DNA of 64,000 nt from Geosiphon pyriformis uo1 (Eukaryota > Fungi > Glomeromycota). A program made the translations under genes and the position numbers. The notes beneath the pieces were generated by a model. The model had not been told where the DNA came from. It saw nothing but the letters and a program-made list of their open reading frames with translations, and made no database searches. Where the stretch lies: positions 434,001 through 498,000 of the forward strand of contig JAAOMT010000597.1 in NCBI GenBank assembly GCA_016748015.1. The letters run 5' to 3'. Shown in pieces: positions 26,649 through 38,929 of the stretch; the first letter of the stretch is position 1, and each line of letters starts with the position of its first letter.

Positions 26649-27254
26649 CTAAATTAGCTCTAATACTTTTTTTTCTAATATTGTTTGTTCAACTTTATTT
26701 TTCACGTCTTCTACTTGTATATTGTTCATTTTTCCACATTGGTTAATAGTTATGGTTTCTATGTTAGAGTGTAACAATATTTCTGAATAGTTCTGAAATA
26801 TGTTGTGCAGTCAGTAAATTGCTCTTACATTTAGTGTTGAGTTTGTCTTTTTCCCAATAAATTCTTCAATTTGCTGTATTATGTTTTGGTTAAATATTCT
26901 CTTGGATTTGTCAATATACAACTCCTGAATATTCAACTTTCGACCTAACTGGTAGTAGCAGTATAATATTAGAAGTTGTTCTGTCCATTGCTTGTAACTC
27001 TCTTTTGTAAGTTCTTCTGTTGGTGCCATAATAGGTATTTTCCCAAAAGTGTTCTTTACTTTTTCTATTATGTTATCTGACCAGTTTTTATCATTCTTTA
27101 GTAACCACTAATATGATGTATTCTTTGTCTTTTTTTTGGTGTTTTGATAGCAAATTGTTTGGTTGTTAACAATAATTTCTATGTCCAGAGGTTGTTGACT
27201 TAAGATCTGGAATAATTGTTGAGCTATGGTGTGAATATGATCTGGTATTTCTAT
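26649..27254 (-). pseudogene. Gypsy-2 extra ORF downstream of integrase (ORF3, unknown function), disrupted
   Basis: Includes ORF 26811-27029 (..LLILYCYYQLGRKL..). Upstream reads EIPDHIHTIAQQLFQIL..DIEIIVNN. Start inferred from ATA (decayed ATG). Confidence 0.55.
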
Positions 27255-27310
27255 TTTATATTGGTTGCTTTTGTCGCGTATACTGTGCTTTTATATATTC
27301 TTTGGGTTGT

Positions 27311-28720
27311 TTAATTTGACGTGTTTAGTTCAATAATTATGATTGGTTCCAGATCTCATAAAATCTCATCTGGTTGAACTAGTATTCTTTGTACTCCTAG
27401 TTGTAGAATGTTATTGGTAGATAATGATGCTATCTGGTGATATAATTTCAGTCAATTACCTTGTTTTGCTTTGGCTAAAATTTTGTTGTCTCATCTTAAT
27501 TTATAAGCTCCATTCCCAAGAATTTCTTCTATGTGAAATGGTCCATCCCATTTGGGGTCAAAGTTTTCACTCCATTGTTTTTCCACTTTAGTACAATATA
27601 GAAGTACTTTGTTTTCAATCTTGAATTCAACTGGTTTGTCTGGTAGTTGGTTATCATGTCTCTTTTTTTGTTTCTCTTGTAACTTTTGAATGTTATCAAC
27701 TGCTTTTTGTCACTTGTTTTCTAGAGTTTTCATCAAGTCATAAGTTTTTCTTAGCAACATTTCCTGAAAATTGTCTTCAGTTATTGGTTCTGTTGGATAA
27801 GTATTAACTTCTATCTTAACTGGTAATGTTGCTGTTCTACCGTATACTAAATTAAATGGTGTTGCTTATGTAGTGTCTTGTTTCATTGTCTAATAAGCAA
27901 ATAATACTGATGATATGAACAAATCTCATTCATCCTAATTTTCTTGACTGATCTTGGCGATTGCTTCACACAATGTTTGGTTAAACCTCTCAACTAACCC
28001 ATTTGTTTGTGAATGGTATGGTGATGATAATAGTCTTTTGATTCCAAATCTCTGACTTAATTCTACTAATGTTCTGTTCACAAAGTGAGTTCTTTGATCT
28101 GATAATAGTTCTTTTGGACATCTATGTCAACAAATCAAATCTTGATGAATGAATTTGGCAACAGATTCTGCATCTGCTCTTTAAATGGTTTTTGTTTCTG
28201 GCCATTTAGTAAGATAATCCATAGTTATTGCAATATATCTGTTGTCTCTGCTGGTAATTGTTAATGGTCCAACTAAGTCAATTCCAATGTGATCAAATAG
28301 TTGTCCCATTTTGATTGGTCTTAATGATTCACTGGGTCTTGTTCCTCCTTTTCTCTAATAAGCATTACAATTTTGAACATATTGAATGATGTCTGGATAT
28401 ATTGATGGCCAATAGTATTTTTTTTTGGTTTTTTTAATGGTTGCTTCTTTATGAAAATGTCCTGCTGTTGGGTCTGAGTGCATGTTGAATAATATCATCT
28501 CTTTCTCTGATTCTGTGATTACTCTAATTGGTTGATCTGGATTTCTTCTGTTCTTTCAGTAAAGTATATTTTGATGGTTGATAAAATATTTCAATTGTTG
28601 TTTTATGTTGTTTTGTTCTTTTTGAGATAATTTCTTCTTGAACAATTGGGTATTTATATAATGCTGGAGTTGTTGGTATTTTTGTATATTCATCTTTTGT
28701 TATATTTTTGGGTTGGAATG
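27311..28720 (-). pseudogene. Gypsy-2 integrase, disrupted
   Basis: HSDPTAGHF (HHCC), FDHIGIDLVGP, DYLTKWPE, LLSDQ.THF, YHSQTNGLVERFN and the GPY/F motif KWDGPF. No chromodomain seen. Confidence 0.9.
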
Positions 28721-28729
28721 TTTTTTTTG

Positions 28730-30136
28730 ATTTGTCTCATTCGTGACAATTTGTCAGCATTTCTATTGTCTTTTCCTTTTTTATAATGTACTGTATAATT
28801 AAATGGTGAAAGTTCTATTTTTCATCTGACATGGCAATCATCTACAAATTCTTGTTTTTGGATTGAAGTTAATCCTTTGTGATCAGTGTATACTTCAAAC
28901 TTTTGGCTTAAGTATTCCTTCCATTTGATGACAGCCCAATAGATAGCTAAGTGTTTTAGTGCTGGAGTTCCATAGTTCTTCTTAGCTGGACTTAAGCTTT
29001 TACTAACATAAGCTACTAGATGTTCTCTTCTATTGGGTCTTTTCTGTGAAAGTACTGCTCTTAATGCTTGGTCTGATGTATTAATAGTGATTATGAATAA
29101 TTTGCTGTGGTCTAGATACATCAATACTGAAGCTTAAATAAGCTTTCTTCTTAATATATCAAAAGCTTCTTGTTGAGTTTCTGTCCATTCATACTTCACA
29201 TTCTTTGTTTGGAGTTGATATAGTGGTTGAGCTATTTTAGAAAAGTCCTTAATGAAGTGGTGGTAGTATTTAGCAAATTCCAAGAATGCTCTCAATTCTG
29301 TAAGATTATTTGGTACTGAAAAGTTCTTGACAATCTCAATTTTGTCTAGATCTGTTTTGATTTCATCTTTGCTTACCACATGTTCCAAAAACTCAAGTTC
29401 AGTTTTGCCAAAGAAGCAGTTGTTAGCATTTAGTTTCAATTCTGCTTGTCTGAGTCTTTCAAATACTTGTTGGAAATGATGTAGATGGTTATCAAATGTC
29501 TTAGAAAATACATTTGTGTTATCTAAGTATATGACTACTGATTTCCATAGTAATTCAGTATAGACAATTTCTATGAGTTGTTGGAATGTCACTGGAGCGT
29601 TCATCAAGCCAAATAGCATGACTTCAAATTCAAAATTCCCTTTTTTGTGTCATGAATACAGTCTTTTCTTTGTTGGCTGAGTTCATGGCTACTTGCCAGT
29701 ATCCACTATCTAAATCTAGTGTTGAGAACCATTTATTTCCTCCAAAAGCATTGAATAGTTCTTGAATCTTTGAAGTTAGATAGCTGTCTCCTTTGGTTAC
29801 TTCATTTAATTTCTGATAATCTACACAAAAGCAAATTTTTCCATTTTTTTTCTGGACTAGTACCACTGGTGATGACCATGAACTCATCAATGGCTAAATT
29901 AGCCCATTGTCAAGCATCTGATTGATTTCTTGATGAATGATCTTATGGCTAGCTGGTGGTACTCTGTATGCTCTTTGTTTAATTGACATTGCATTTCCAG
30001 TTTTGATCTGATGCTGGATGATATTGGTGTGGCTAAATTCATTTTTGCTCACAAAAATGTTATTGAAATTGTTGAGTAACATCTTTAATTGCATCTGTTG
30101 GAGTGGGTCTAGATTCTCCATGTTTATCTGTTCCAA
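28730..30136 (-). pseudogene. Gypsy-2 reverse transcriptase and RNase H, disrupted
   Basis: SWSSPVVLVQKKNGKICFCVDYQKLN, FSTLDLDSGYWQV, FGLMNAP.TFQ, YLDN (YLDD), VAY.SKSLSPAKKNY and FEVYTDHKGL. Confidence 0.95.
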
Positions 30137-30261
30137 CTGCTCTGGTTGGAGCAGATAACATTCACTTCATTTGTAAATGGTCTGTGATGTAATGTTCATA
30201 TATCTGCAAAGTTGTGGAAAATCTGGAACATAGTTTGGTGGTTGATCCTCAACTTGAGTGG

Positions 30262-30960
30262 TTAAATATCCAATAATAGTTCCCTTTGGTATTTTGATAA
30301 TCTTTCTAGTTGTGTTATAGATAGAAATTTTGATGTTTTGGGGCTGTTGGCTAAGATGTAGAAATTGGTGAGTCCAATCTTTCCTGATTCACAAATGGTG
30401 GTTTCTGCTTCAAACAATTGAGCTTGATCCTTTACTTCTCTTTTTATGGCTAACATATACTGATCATATGGTAGAATAGAAATTAATTGATAGGTTGAGA
30501 TAATTTCTCCTTTGTCAACAATTTCTTTCTCTGCCATATTAACTGGTATATCTATTCTACTCATTGATCTGAATCTCTGTATCCCTCTAGCTGTAATCCC
30601 TAATTTTTCTCTGTTTCTCATTAACACTAACTGCCCTATTTTCACCAAAGGTAGGAATATTGCCTGTGCTATCTTTTTGTTTGAATCTATGATATATGCT
30701 TTTTCTGTGTCATTTTGTAGCATAGCAATAATATTTCTTATGTATTCTGTGTCAATTATTCCTTCTCTGATGTTGATTCCTTTTTTCGCTAGACTACTTC
30801 TAAATGCTAACTGAACTATTGTTGTTGTTGGAATTTCCAGTGCTATTTTCAGATCGATGCAAGTGTGTGAATATGGTTCCAATTTGAGAGAATTTTTCCC
30901 TGGATATTTTAGATCAAATCTTGCATCAGTATTGTGTGCGCATTCTGGCATGATACCTTT
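30262..30960 (-). pseudogene. Gypsy-2 dUTPase domain (trimeric-type motifs 1-5, decayed) plus linker
   Basis: DARFDL (motif 1), FRSSLAKKG (motif 2), GIIDTEY (motif 3), KIAQAIF (motif 4) and RGIQRFRS (motif 5, from RG..GFGS). Confidence 0.9.
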
Positions 30961-32229
30961 GTTCTTATTGCTAAACTATTTAAGTTCTTGTTCCTTGGTG
31001 AGGTCAGGAAGTGTAATAAATGTTTTAGGATATGAATTGGAGTTTGAATCGTCATAATTTTTGTTGCTAATTGGAGTAGAGCTGGAACTGTTGTTTTCAT
31101 CATTATTGTTGTTAAAGTTTGAATTGGGATTGAAAACTGATTTTAATTCTGATGTGCAGCTGCTGATTGGTTCTTTTTTCTCTGGGATTGTGTAGATCAT
31201 GCAGATTGGTAGATTGTAAATGAAGTCATACTTGTTACAATATTGAAAGTTACAGAGAATTAAACAATGGTCACATAATCAAGTGTTAATTTGGGCTAAA
31301 TGCTGCTTTTGTTCTTCTCTTGTTGGTGCCAAATTTTGGTAGTGCTCATGGAATTCTTCTGGGTCTGCTTCCAGGTCCAGAAAAGCATTTGGGTTAGAAA
31401 TCAGAACAATGTTGACTGTCTCTGGAGGGTTGTTCTTGATTTCTAATATTTTGCTAGGTGTGGCACCTTCTACTTTGGCATTTGCCATCTGCCAAATCTT
31501 GTCTTCATCATGTGAGTAACCATTCAAGTGAAATATTGCACAGTGCTAGGCAGCAGTTATTGGCATACCACGACTCACCCAATTGCTGATGAGAATTGTG
31601 TATTGGCACAAAGTGTTGCACATTTTTTCTCATCCAGGAATGTCATTTCACATTCTTTTGTCCAATAGTTGTTCGTTACAAGCGAGACATGGTTCATTGT
31701 CCCACTTGTCTTGTCTTTTTGGATAGCCATAGTATTTGCAGTGGCAAGGCTTGCAATAATAGTGGGTTCACATTCAGTAATCTTCATTTGGCATGACCCA
31801 AGCTCCTATGGAAGAAAGTTTCTTTCCATAGTTTTTGCATTTGAGAGGTATATGTGGTGGCTCTTTGATCAGTTCCTGTGAGTATTCTCTTTCCCAGCCA
31901 CTAATTATTTCTTTGGTGGTGGTGGTTTTTTCGGTTATATTTTCTTCCTTCTTTTTCCCTTTTCTTTTATTAGTTTCTTTCCATTCTCAGGTTGGTAATT
32001 CATTTGAGTTGTTGTTGGTTTTTCAGTCTTGGTCGGCATTCCAGATAAGTCCTTCCTTTTGTTTTCTTTTTCCGTTATTGTCCCAGGAGAGTATTGGTGG
32101 TAACTCGTTGTGATCTGTTTTAGCTCATGATACTTGATAAGCTTCCCAAGTAGGTTTTTTTTTTCTTCTTTGAACTCAATAAAAGGTGCTGTTGGCATGA
32201 TAATTGGCTTGAAGTGACTACACATGGCA

Positions 32230-32702
32230 AGTACACGTGTGTGTTGACTATTCTGGCTGATTTGAAGCTCCTGCATATTCCAGTCAAGCATTGTTTTGGT
32301 TTTGGATAGCCAATTATTACCAACTAGTGCTTGGTATTAGGTGGCTTCCATGACTAAGACTTTGATGGAAATGGTGATGCCATTAACTTCTATAGGAAAG
32401 TCATCAATTTTGCTGATTGGAGTTTTAGTTGCTCCATTAGCAGTTATGATTCTGGTATTGGCAGCGTGATCAACTTAGCAACCTAATTGGTCTATGAGTT
32501 GTTTTATAATAATGCTGCCAGCTGATCCACTATCTAGGATCAGTTTAATGGAGTGGCTATCAACTTTGGCATCTGTGTACATTGCCATAATAGGTTTTTC
32601 TTCAAGTGTGGCTCCACTAAACAAAGAGGTTTCTGTCAGTTTCTCAATTTTGAAAGGAAATATAACTGCTAAAGACTCATCTTCTATAACAGTAGCTGGC
32701 AA
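32230..32702 (-). pseudogene. Gypsy-2 aspartic protease
   Basis: IKLILDSGSAGS catalytic motif, followed by a ..ALV.N.W.. segment. Confidence 0.88.
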
Positions 32703-32831
32703 AATATTGGTAAGTAATTGCTTCTGTTTGGGTTCCCAAATGTTAGGTAAGGCATTTTCTGTGGTAACCAGAAGACTTAAATAGTTCTGGGAACTCGGGT
32801 TTTAAGTATACCTGGTTCCTAAATTCTACTG

Positions 32832-34950
32832 TTATGATTCTGATGGCTGGTTAGATGAACTGAGGATCGGTTGGTGAACAACTATTGCCGATCTCCAGTT
32901 TTGGGTGACTTTCGATTTAGGGTTTCCTGATGTTATTTGAGCTGGGTTTGATGACAGTATTTGAACTGTGGGTGTCTGATAAATTATTTGTGGCTGTGGT
33001 GATTGATATATTATTGGTGGTTGCGGTTGATAAACTGAAGGTTGATATATGAGTGGTTGATATATTGGCTGTTGCATCATTGGCAGGTAAGTTGGTTGAT
33101 ATAGGGCTGGATTAGATTGGTAATTTGGAGTTGAGAACCAGTAATCAGGGTTTCAATATTGATTTTTTGATCATTGGTTATTATTATAAAATCGGCAGTT
33201 AGCTCTAATGTGGCCTTGTTTACCACAGTTATGGCAGACACACGTCTCTTGTTGCCATAGCTGATTTGATGATAATGGATGCGACTGATTTTGGAAATGA
33301 TTCAGATTTTCTGAATTATTGTGTTGTTGTGGTGGTTGATAAATTGTGTGATTGTCAGCTAAGTATCTTTCTAATTTCTGATTAATTGAATCACTGAATT
33401 GTTTCAATTTGAAATCCAATTCAGATGATCCATTTATTACTAGATTAATGGCTTGGGCATGGCTTGTTTCAAGTTCTGCTACTTCAAAATCTTGGGTGTT
33501 AGTAATTGCAGCTTGAAGGTCTGCTGGATGTATTGGATGTATGCATTGGAGAATGCTACTGTGCAGGCCTCTAATAAATTGGTTTAGGATTTGTGGCACT
33601 GTAAAATAGTCAGTCTGAATTGCTTGAATTTGGCACAGATTTCTATAAAAGCATCTTAGGTAAGTAGTGACTGTTTCATTTTCCCCTTGTTTGATAGTAG
33701 TAAAAGTGTTTGCTAGCTGATTAATACTATTATTGTTGCTGAAGTATTGTAGGAATGCAAGCTTGAATGCAGTAAAATCTTGGGGTTTGTTAGCCAAGCT
33801 TTGATATTATGAATCAGCAGTATCTTGGAGAAAATAAGAAATGGCCTGCATGGCTCTAGCGTCATTTCAGCTATTGGCTGTGATGGCTTTTTCTATATTG
33901 TTGAGCCATACTTGGGCATCATTTTCTTCACCAGTAAATTTCTTAATTTTGGCAATTGGAGCATAAGCCATTGGTTGTTGTTGTAGTTGCTGCTGGATTT
34001 GTTGAAGTGGTGGTTGTGATTGTTGTTGTTCAGCATTTGGTGAAGCTGGTGGTGGATTGATTATGATTACTGAAGATAAGTGTTGTTGATTATTAATGTC
34101 AGGGTTTTACTTGTTCTGATTGTATTGCATTTGAAAATTCAGAGTTTTGATTTCTGAATTTTCTAAAGTTGGATTTTGCTGAGTTTAAAAGTTTGGGGTT
34201 TTGATTTTCAAGTTTTTTGTGATCAGATTCTGGTAAGTAAATTTTTGGTTTTCAGATTCTTCTTCCTTTTTTTTTTGTTCTTCTTCCGAATCCATTACTT
34301 TCCAGGGACTTGCAGTTCTGAAATCTGGTTGAAGTAGCAAAAATTGAAGTCCTAATGGCGTTGGCAATCATGACTTAAATCTTTTAAAATATGTGCCATA
34401 TGGTCCTAGAAAATTTTTTTTCCTTTGTTTACTCTGAAATGGGAATCATTCAAAGATTGATGTCACATGTGATGTGGATGCGCCTGTTAATATAATATTG
34501 ATGGCACTTCTGAGTGTATAGTGGTATAATGGTTTTGTTGGTGATTCAACTTTAGTTTTCTTTCAAGTAGGTGGTTGTATCTTTTGAGGTGTTACTGCTG
34601 GTGTTTGTAATTTTTCTTTGTCTTTGTTTGCATAGGTAATTGGATATTTTTGTTGAGTGTGAATTTCAATTTCTTTATTAATTTCAGTGAAAATTGCTGT
34701 GAAATTGTAATTTGTTGATAGGCTGGTATTCTGGATTAATTTGTTGTAGAAGTTTCCTTTGGCTGAGTCGATTTCTACTAGTACTCCTAGTAAGTATGAG
34801 ATTCTCTTGTTGACATAGAAATTGAAAGCTGATTCTGCTGATAAGTGGTTGTCAGTTAATCCTAAATGTTGACAGTAGTATTGGAATAAGAATTTTGCAA
34901 ATCCTAGATGGTTTGTCTCTGTTTCTTTAGATTCTGCTACTGTTTAAATG
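32832..34950 (-). pseudogene. Gypsy-2 gag, disrupted
   Basis: Retrotransposon gag core (FKLAFLQYF..IKQGENETVTTYL..FIRGL), CCHC knuckle CHNCGKQGHIRANC and Q/P-rich spacers. Confidence 0.88.
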
Positions 34951-34983
34951 GGTGTTGTTGGTGCTGATTTTCTGTAAGATTAT

Positions 34984-35001
34984 ACCTCACAAGAAGCACC
35001 A
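34984..35001 (-). promoter_or_regulatory. Gypsy-2 primer-binding site
   Basis: TGGTGCTTCTTGTGAGG on minus, 2 nt inside the 5' LTR. Primer tRNA identity not determined. Confidence 0.82.
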
Positions 35002-35003
35002 AA

Positions 35004-35876
35004 TGTTACAGATAATTATTTGGAGTCTCAAGTCAAATAACAAATCCATAACTTGGTGCTTAGTTGGTACTTGGGTGTTGATATCTGAAGGTTTTTGTTG
35101 CAGAGTTTTTTGTATAATAGACAGAAATTTTAATTGATGGTTTTATTCATAGCTTCCCAAAACTGCAGTTTCATCAAATTTTTTTTTCAGCATGGTGGCT
35201 GGTAATCCTCCTGGTAAGCTATCCTCAAATCTATGAGTGTTTTACCCTTGTTTCATGGGTTTTTTACCAGTCACTATGATGTCTGTATTTCAGTGCTTTA
35301 ATCCTCAATCAATTAGTATACAAAAATAAAATAAAATAAAGAAAAGAAAAAAATAAATAAAAAAATAAAAAAATAAAAAAATAAACCAAAGCAATACACG
35401 AGTTAGTATTTTGTCAATAGCCATGATCAAGAGCTATTGTTCCAGTGAAGTTAAGTATCAATTACTATCAATATAAGGTGTTGATAGTAAAAAGTGGATT
35501 GAAATAGTGAATAATTATTTATTGATATTTGTAATGTGGCAGGTTTCTAACTGATGGATTCTGCTTTTTTCTACTTCTAATGCTACTGCCATATATACAT
35601 AATTGATGTTTTATGAGATTGCTCATATTTCTGAGTGATGTGCTATGATTTCTTGAGCAATGCTCACATTGCTGAGCAATGTGCTCTAATTTTCTAATAT
35701 CACTTTATATTGCTAAACAATGTGTCATGTTTTCTGACATTGCTTCATATTGCTGAGCAATATGCCATAATTTTTGATATTGCTCCACATTGCTGAGCAA
35801 TATGCTCATGTGCTAAATATTATTCAACTATTGGTCTACTATTTTCCCTATATCTGTTTCTTTTTCATGAGTAACA
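35004..35876 (-). repeat. Gypsy-2 5' LTR (873 bp)
   Basis: TGTTACA...GAGTAACA. Direct repeat of 25759-26604. Confidence 0.95.
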
Positions 35877-36800
35877 GCTCCATTCTAATTAATTAAATTT
35901 TGATCAACTTAATATCCCCAAATTCAGATACTGTAGTGATGATCATATTTTTAAATGTATTCATGAGAATTTCTTTGATTATCACAGCCCAATCTGATCT
36001 CATTCTTTGTTTCTTAAAATTGCTGTTTATGATAATCCCTTTTTCTCTGGCCAATAATGTAGTCTTAATCATGCTCATCTCAGAAGTAAACATAGATCGA
36101 ATGATCCCCTCAAATTTTGAGGGAGTAGTGGCCCCCCAAAACCATTAACTGATGAAAAAAATTTTCTAATTAGCTGGATTTTTGCCATCACTGATTTCTC
36201 TTCCACAGTACTAAGATTGATATTAAGAGTAAAGGATTTTTTGGCAGACATCTCAATCTGAGTCTTAATAATTTTTGGATCAATCCATTTTTTTTCCAGA
36301 GAGATTGGAAGGCGAGAAAGAAAAGAGATATCTTCATCATTATCCATGACAAAATTAGGAAAACCAAGAGGGAAACCAAAAATGGCACCAGTATTGACAT
36401 GCTTGGTTTTAGAAGTGTTGGCAGCTGAATCCAGAAGAGACCCAACATTAATGCCAGTTATGTTAACACTTTTTTCATCACCAAACACACTATTCACATC
36501 AGAGAACATATTGTCACCAAGCTCAGACTTGTTCAGAGAGATATCTTTTTGTTACCTGAATGTTTGACATTCCTAAGCACAACTTTCTTTTTTTGCGAGA
36601 AGAAGCCACCAGCAGGACCATGAAAAGCACCCTTTGGTGTCTTTTTTTTAGACATGTTGCTACCAGAAACAGCCTTCAGGTCCACGAAAAATGGGTTATT
36701 AGAAAAAAAAATTGTGAAATACTAACAAGAAAAAATAAAAACTTTTTTTTTAGAAAAGTGCTTTTTGAGGATTTATGGAAGTAAAAGAGAAAAAAGTTTT

Positions 36801-37458
36801 TTTAATATTTATAATAAGAAAAATAAAAAAAAATAAAAGAAAAATAAAGGAAATAAAATTTTATCAATAAAATTGTTTTCTATTCAGATCTGGAATCACT
36901 AACAAATTATTGAAATTGGTAGCTAATCAATTTCAAAACATTAGTTAGATTTTGGGAATTTCAAGTGTAATAATTAAAAATTTGGATTTTTTGAATATTT
37001 AATTTTTATTTTATTTGTAAAGATATGTAAAAAATAATGAATTCTAATTAAGATGTCAAATAGAAAATAAGATATATTTTTTTGAAAAGAGAAGCTCTTT
37101 TTTTATACAATTTGTTGTAATACTAGTCTTTAAACTTGCACTTTTTTCTTTGCTATAATTTCAGTAAACTAAAGATATATTTTGGCAAACTACAAGTTAT
37201 TTCTATAAACTATTAATTATTTCGGCCAATTTCTATTAATTTCAGCAAATTTTGACTATATTAAATGGTTCAGAGTATTGTGTAATTTAATCATCTTAAT
37301 TTTTATAGTACAAATTGAGTTATTAATTGAATAGTAATATTTGATAATTTGATTAACTAATAAGTAATAATTAAAATGATAATAATATATACTAATTAAT
37401 GCTAAAAATTAGAAGAGTAATTTCATGCTAATTAATAGTTAAAATTTTGCTGATAACA
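36801..37458 (-). repeat. Gypsy-1 5' LTR, U3-side piece
   Basis: Closely matches 9320-9975. Ends GATAACA, followed by TSD ATGT. Confidence 0.92.
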
Positions 37459-38021
37459 ATGTTATACTGAAATATGCTGGTGTTTGGTAATATGTAGTTG
37501 TTCATTTTAAAAAGCTGGATGCTATTGTGTTTTCTTTGAATTATTGATCAGTTTTAGTGAACAAAAATAGTATTAAAATCTTTCTTATAATTAATCAAAA
37601 TAAAGCTATTTTGTTTCAAAGTAAGTTTAAGACCAAGTTAGTTAACCTTCTTTCTGGCTGTACTGCTTTTAAAATTAATAATATAATCTTATAAATTGGT
37701 AGTTAATACTGTTTTATTTTTTGCTCTTCTAATTTTAGTTATAATTTATAGTTTGCATTAGTTATATTTGGTTCTTAAATAAACTTAAATATTATTGTAA
37801 TCAAAACTAGTACACTAAGAAAGTATTGTATCTAATGAGAAACTTTTGGCTATTAATATTGTTTTAAATATCAAAAAATAGACCATCTGGCTGTAAATTA
37901 TAAGGTGTCTTTATCTTTTTTTTCTAAGACTCTTAAGGTGTTTACATCTTATTTTGTAAGTTTTAAGTTTTATGTTAAGACTTCTGCTTCTGTTTGCTTT
38001 TCTAAATTTTTTCTTTTGGTT

Positions 38022-38062
<41 letters not shown>

Positions 38063-38695
38063 TTTTTTTTTTTTTTTTTTTTGTAATTATTAATAATTCT
38101 TTGGTTTTTTTTGGTTAACTACTTTGAAGTTTAAGTTAGTTATTTTGGTTGAATTTATTATTGAGCCTGTTAGTTTTCTAATGACTGTATTTAAACAATT
38201 TGTTAAGAATAATCTTGTTTTAAGTAGTGTTTTTAGTTTTAGAGTTAATAAGCTTATAATATATTTAAGTGCTTTTAACAAAATTATTGGTAAGTTGAAG
38301 AGAGAAATAATTTCATTAAAAAAAAATATTGTATAAAAAATAATAACATATCTGATAGTTTAGCATATTAAGTTATTGTGAATAATAAAATGTTTTCTAA
38401 TTTAATATCATTATAGATTTATGAATTTGTTAATATTAAAATTAATCTCTTAAAAACAGTTAAATAACTGGTTAAATTAGTTTTTTATAATGTTATTTTG
38501 TTTGATATAATTTAAAAAATATCTTTTTTGAATAAGTTTTTTTCTGTTGCATTAATATAGTATAGTTTAAATTGGCTTAAATAACTAATTATATATAAAA
38601 AACATGTAAACTATATTTAATACTAAAACACTTAGTTTGTTTCTAACTTTTAGATAGTAGGTAGACCTTACTTATTAAACATATAATAATAAAAA
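37459..38695 (+). mobile_element. ORF1-only non-autonomous LINE derivative, copy A, 3' half with LINE-type 3' UTR and A tail
   Basis: Decayed L.SGCTAF and CFK.Q...HLAV (CCHC) ORF1 motifs. Stop at ~38560 is followed directly by the 3' UTR shared with LINE-B. Confidence 0.8.
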
Positions 38696-38929
38696 TATAT
38701 TAAATATTAGTTCTAATTATATAAGTATAATTATTACAATTATTATAAATATTAACATAATAAAACATATTTACAAAATTATAAAGATTGCTAATTGGCT
38801 TTTATTGTTATATTTGCTATTTAAAAATTATTTATTAGTTTTAATTATTGGTTTATATACTAATATTACTTTTAAAAAAAATTAATTCAAGCTAATAAAA
38901 TTAATTTAATAATAGTTATTGCTTTGAAT

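Larger units (their letters stand above)
25759..35876 (-). mobile_element. Gypsy-2: full-length Ty3/Gypsy LTR retrotransposon with dUTPase, 4-bp TSD GCTC
   Basis: LTRs at 25759-26604 and 35004-35876. GCTC at 25755-25758 and 35877-35880. PBS and PPT present. Complete gag-pol domain series with stops and frameshifts. Confidence 0.95.
23733..36655 (-). pseudogene. LINE-B ORF1 in three pieces (35877-36655, 25443-25758, 23733-24474), split by two LTR insertions
   Basis: Starts ATG TCT AAA AAA (MSKKKTPKGAFHGPAGG) at 36655. Decayed knuckle HCKKYGHFGHLALKC. The reading continues across both TSDs. Confidence 0.85.
18908..36800 (-). mobile_element. LINE-B: full-length non-LTR retrotransposon (ORF1; APE endonuclease-RT-RNase H-C-terminal Zn finger), inserted in the Gypsy-1 5' LTR, TSD TTTAATAT
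   Basis: T-rich tail on + at 18908-18920. TTTAATAT at 18900-18907 and 36801-36808. Domain-bearing ORF fragments are in the expected order. Confidence 0.92.
9019..37458 (-). mobile_element. Gypsy-1: full-length decayed Ty3/Gypsy LTR retrotransposon (own sequence 9019-18907 plus 36801-37458), 4-bp TSD ATGT
   Basis: Two homologous LTRs with T(G/A)TTAC...TAACA ends. ATGT at 9015-9018 and 37459-37462. Removing the element restores the host sequence, which is uninterrupted at ~40130-40190. Order on the minus strand is gag-PR-dUTPase-RT-RH-IN. Confidence 0.93.

Noticed and set aside
27350-27362. Apparent ATGA stop/start overlap between Gypsy-2 pol and ORF3
   Set aside because: The pol frame continues past this TGA into LEPIIIIE, matching LEPIVVV at the Gypsy-1 pol end. 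The TGA is best read as a CGA>TGA decay.
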